A stretch of 64,000 nucleotides of DNA. It comes from an uncultured Chloroflexia bacterium. GTDB lineage: Bacteria > Chloroflexota > Limnocylindria > Limnocylindrales > CSP1-4. The notes under the pieces are model-generated. The model did not search any database. It was not told where the DNA came from and saw only the letters and a program-made list of their open reading frames with translations. Positions 59,938 through 64,000 of this stretch are shown here, piece after piece. Positions within the stretch are counted from its first letter, which is position 1; each line of letters opens with the position of its first letter. Location: the NCBI GenBank assembly GCA_963720755.1, contig CAVRGP010000011.1:480001-544000 (forward strand), written 5' to 3'. Made by a program: the position numbers and the translations under genes.

Positions 59938-62013
59938 GTGGCACGACAGGTTCCGCTCGCGAGAACGCGGAACATCGAAATCATCGCGCATATCGACGCC
60001 GGCAAGACCACCGTCACCGAGCGGATCCTTTTCTATACGAAAAAGATCTACAAGATCGGCGAGGTCCATGAGGGCGCGGCCACGATGGACTGGATGCCCC
60101 AGGAACAGGAGCGGGGGATCACCATCACGGCCGCCGCGACAACGGCATTCTGGGGCGATCATCGCATCAACATCATCGATACGCCCGGGCACGTGGACTT
60201 CACGGTCGAAGTCGAGCGAAGCCTCCGCGTCCTCGATGGTGCGGTCGTCGTGTTCGACGGCGTGGCCGGGGTCGAACCCCAGTCCGAGACTGTCTGGCGG
60301 CAGGCCGACCGCTACGGGGTGCCGCGCTTCTGCTTCATCAACAAGCTCGACCGCACGGGTGCCGACTTCTGGCGCTGTGTCGACTCGATCAAGGACCGAC
60401 TCGGTGCCAACGCGGTCCCGATCCAGATCCCGATCGGCCGCGAAGACCAGTTCCAGGGGGTCATCGACCTCGTCGAGATGAAGGCCGTCTACTACCGTGA
60501 CGACCTCGGCAACAACATCGACGTGGTGGACATCCCGGAGGAACTCGTCGCCGATGCCGAGAAGCATCGCCACATCCTTGTCGAGGCCGTCGCCGAGATG
60601 GATGACGACCTGACCCACAAGTATCTCGAAGGCGAGGAACTGACCGTCGCCGAGATCAAGCGTGGTCTCCGCCTTGGCACCCTGACCACGAGGATCATCC
60701 CGGTCCTGACCGGTTCGGCTCTCAAGAACAAGGGCGTTCAGAAGATGCTCGACGCGGTCGTCGACTACCTGCCCTCGCCGCTCGATGTCCCGCCGATGAT
60801 CGGGGTCGACCCGCAGACCGGCGCCGATCTCCTGCGCAAGCCGGATGACAGCGAGCCATTCAGCGCCCTCGCCTTCAAGATCGCAGCCGACCCATTCGTC
60901 GGCAAGCTGGCCTTCTTCCGGGTCTACTCCGGGACGCTCAAGGCGGGGTCGTACGTCCTGAACCCGACCAAGGGCAAGAAGGAGCGGATCGGTCGCATCC
61001 TGCAGATGCATGCGAACCACCGCGAGGAGATCGAGATCGTCTACGCCGGCGACATCGCCGCCGCGGTGGGTCTCAAGGACACCTACACCGGTGACACCCT
61101 CACCGATCCGGAGCACCCGGTCCTGCTCGAGTCGATGACGTTCCCCGAGCCCGTCATCGAAGTCAAGATCGAACCGAAGACGAAGGCTGACCAGGACAAG
61201 CTCGCCATCGCCCTCCAGCGTCTGGCCGAGGAGGACCCGACGTTCCGGGTCAAGACCGATCCGGAAACCGCCGAGACCCTGATCGCCGGGATGGGCGAGC
61301 TCCACCTCGACGTCCTGGTCGATCGGATGATCCGCGAGTTCAAGGTGGCGGCCAACATCGGCAAGCCCCAGGTCTCCTATCGCGAGACCATCCGTCGGGC
61401 TGCCGAAGGCAATGGTCGCTTCATCCGCCAGACCGGCGGCAAGGGCCAGTACGGTCACGCTGTCATCAAGCTCGAGCCCGCCGAGAAGGGCTCAGGCTAC
61501 GAGTTCATCGACAAGATCGTCGGTGGCACGATCCCGCGTGAGTACATCAAGCCGGTCGACCAGGGCATCCGCGAGACGCTGGCGACAGGGATCTATGCCG
61601 GTTTCCCGGTGGTGGATGTCAAGGTGACGTTGTTCGACGGTTCGTACCACGACGTCGACTCATCGGAGATGGCGTTCAAGATCGCCGGTTCGATGGCCGT
61701 CAAGGATGCCTTCGCCAAGGCCCAGCCCGCCATCCTCGAACCGATCATGCGGGTCGAGGTGACGATGCCCGAGGAATTCATGGGCGACGTCATCGGCGAC
61801 CTGAACAGCCGCCGCGGTCAGATCGAGGGGATGGAGTCGCGTGGCACGACCCAGGTCGTCCGTGCGTTCGTACCGCTCGCCCAGATGTTCGGATACGTCA
61901 CGGACCTGCGAAGCATGTCGCAGGGTCGGGCGACATCATCGATGGAATTCAGCCACTACGCCGAGGTGCCAGCCAATCTGGCCTCGGAACTCGTCCAGAA
62001 GTCCAAGGTCTAG
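59938..62013 (+). CDS. fusA: Elongation factor G
   Basis: [30 protein letters not shown] and [11 protein letters not shown] motifs. Confidence 0.98.
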   Translation: MARQVPLARTRNIEIIAHIDAGKTTVTERILFYTKKIYKIGEVHEGAATMDWMPQEQERGITITAAATTAFWGDHRINIIDTPGHVDFTVEVERSLRVLDGAVVVFDGVAGVEPQSETVWRQADRYGVPRFCFINKLDRTGADFWRCVDSIKDRLGANAVPIQIPIGREDQFQGVIDLVEMKAVYYRDDLGNNIDVVDIPEELVADAEKHRHILVEAVAEMDDDLTHKYLEGEELTVAEIKRGLRLGTLTTRIIPVLTGSALKNKGVQKMLDAVVDYLPSPLDVPPMIGVDPQTGADLLRKPDDSEPFSALAFKIAADPFVGKLAFFRVYSGTLKAGSYVLNPTKGKKERIGRILQMHANHREEIEIVYAGDIAAAVGLKDTYTGDTLTDPEHPVLLESMTFPEPVIEVKIEPKTKADQDKLAIALQRLAEEDPTFRVKTDPETAETLIAGMGELHLDVLVDRMIREFKVAANIGKPQVSYRETIRRAAEGNGRFIRQTGGKGQYGHAVIKLEPAEKGSGYEFIDKIVGGTIPREYIKPVDQGIRETLATGIYAGFPVVDVKVTLFDGSYHDVDSSEMAFKIAGSMAVKDAFAKAQPAILEPIMRVEVTMPEEFMGDVIGDLNSRRGQIEGMESRGTTQVVRAFVPLAQMFGYVTDLRSMSQGRATSSMEFSHYAEVPANLASELVQKSKV

Positions 62014-62035
62014 CAGGAAGCCGGGAGCAGCCCAG

Positions 62036-63232
<1,197 letters not shown>

Positions 63233-63239
63233 GGACGAC

Positions 63240-63547
<308 letters not shown>

Positions 63548-63548
<1 letters not shown>

Positions 63549-64000
63549 TGGAGATCGGACTGATCGGCCGCAAGGTCGGCATGACCCAGGTGTTCCAGGA
63601 CGACGGCACGATGGTTGCCGTGTCGGTGCTCGCCATCGAGCCCAACACGGTCACCCGCCTCCGAACGCCCGAGCGCGACGGCTACACGGCCGTCCAGCTC
63701 GGTACCGAGGTGTCCAAGAAACTCAACAAGCCGGAGTCGGGCCAGCTCAAGGACCTGCCCAAGGTCGCCACGATCCGTGAGTTCCGGGTCGACAGCGTCG
63801 CCGACGTGACGGTCGGCCAGACCTTTTCGATCGGCGACCTCTTCGCCGCCGGCGACCTCGTCGACGTGACCGGGGTCTCCAAGGGCAAGGGCTTCGCCGG
63901 GCACATCAAGCGCCACAACTTCCACCGTGGACCGCAGACCCACGGCTCGGACCATCACCGCGCCCCGGGCTCGATCGGGCCGGGCACGACACCGGGTCGC
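63548..64000 (+). CDS. rplC: 50S ribosomal protein L3 (partial, runs off the window)
   Basis: [16 protein letters not shown]...DGYTAVQLG...SKGKGFAG...HGS...RAPGSIG; TGATG overlap with rpsJ. Confidence 0.97.

Overview
GC-rich bacterial core-genome window, probably Chloroflexota (possibly Limnocylindria/Ellin6529-like; an impression from the 16S and gene style, not a database result). In order it holds: a complete shikimate operon (aroF-aroA-aroE-aroC-aroKB-aroQ-chorismate mutase-DUF389-gluQ, minus strand) with a predicted Phe/Tyr leader-peptide attenuator; a 2.3-kb integrase-less islet in tRNA-Ser(GCT); several accessory genes; the tadA-tRNA-Ser-ffs-dnaX-ybaB-recR block; a full rRNA operon; rpsA and clpC-radA-yacL-ispDF-cysS-rlmB; and the tuf-rpmG-secE-nusG-rplKAJL-rpoBC-rpsLG-fusA-tuf-rpsJ-rplC cluster. 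The most striking observation is an intact, apparently promoter-bearing syntenic tadA orthologue whose catalytic Glu is replaced by Val (HAV, as in eukaryotic Tad3/ADAT3). In the same window the tRNA-Arg at the usual ACG locus reads GCG, which suggests loss of inosine wobble with retention of a TadA pseudo-enzyme. Other highlights are the aro attenuator, a direct-repeat-flanked cassette nested in the islet, ribosomal protein S1 with about 11 acidic 22-aa repeats, and an ~83-nt 23S domain III insertion. All coordinates were counted by eye.
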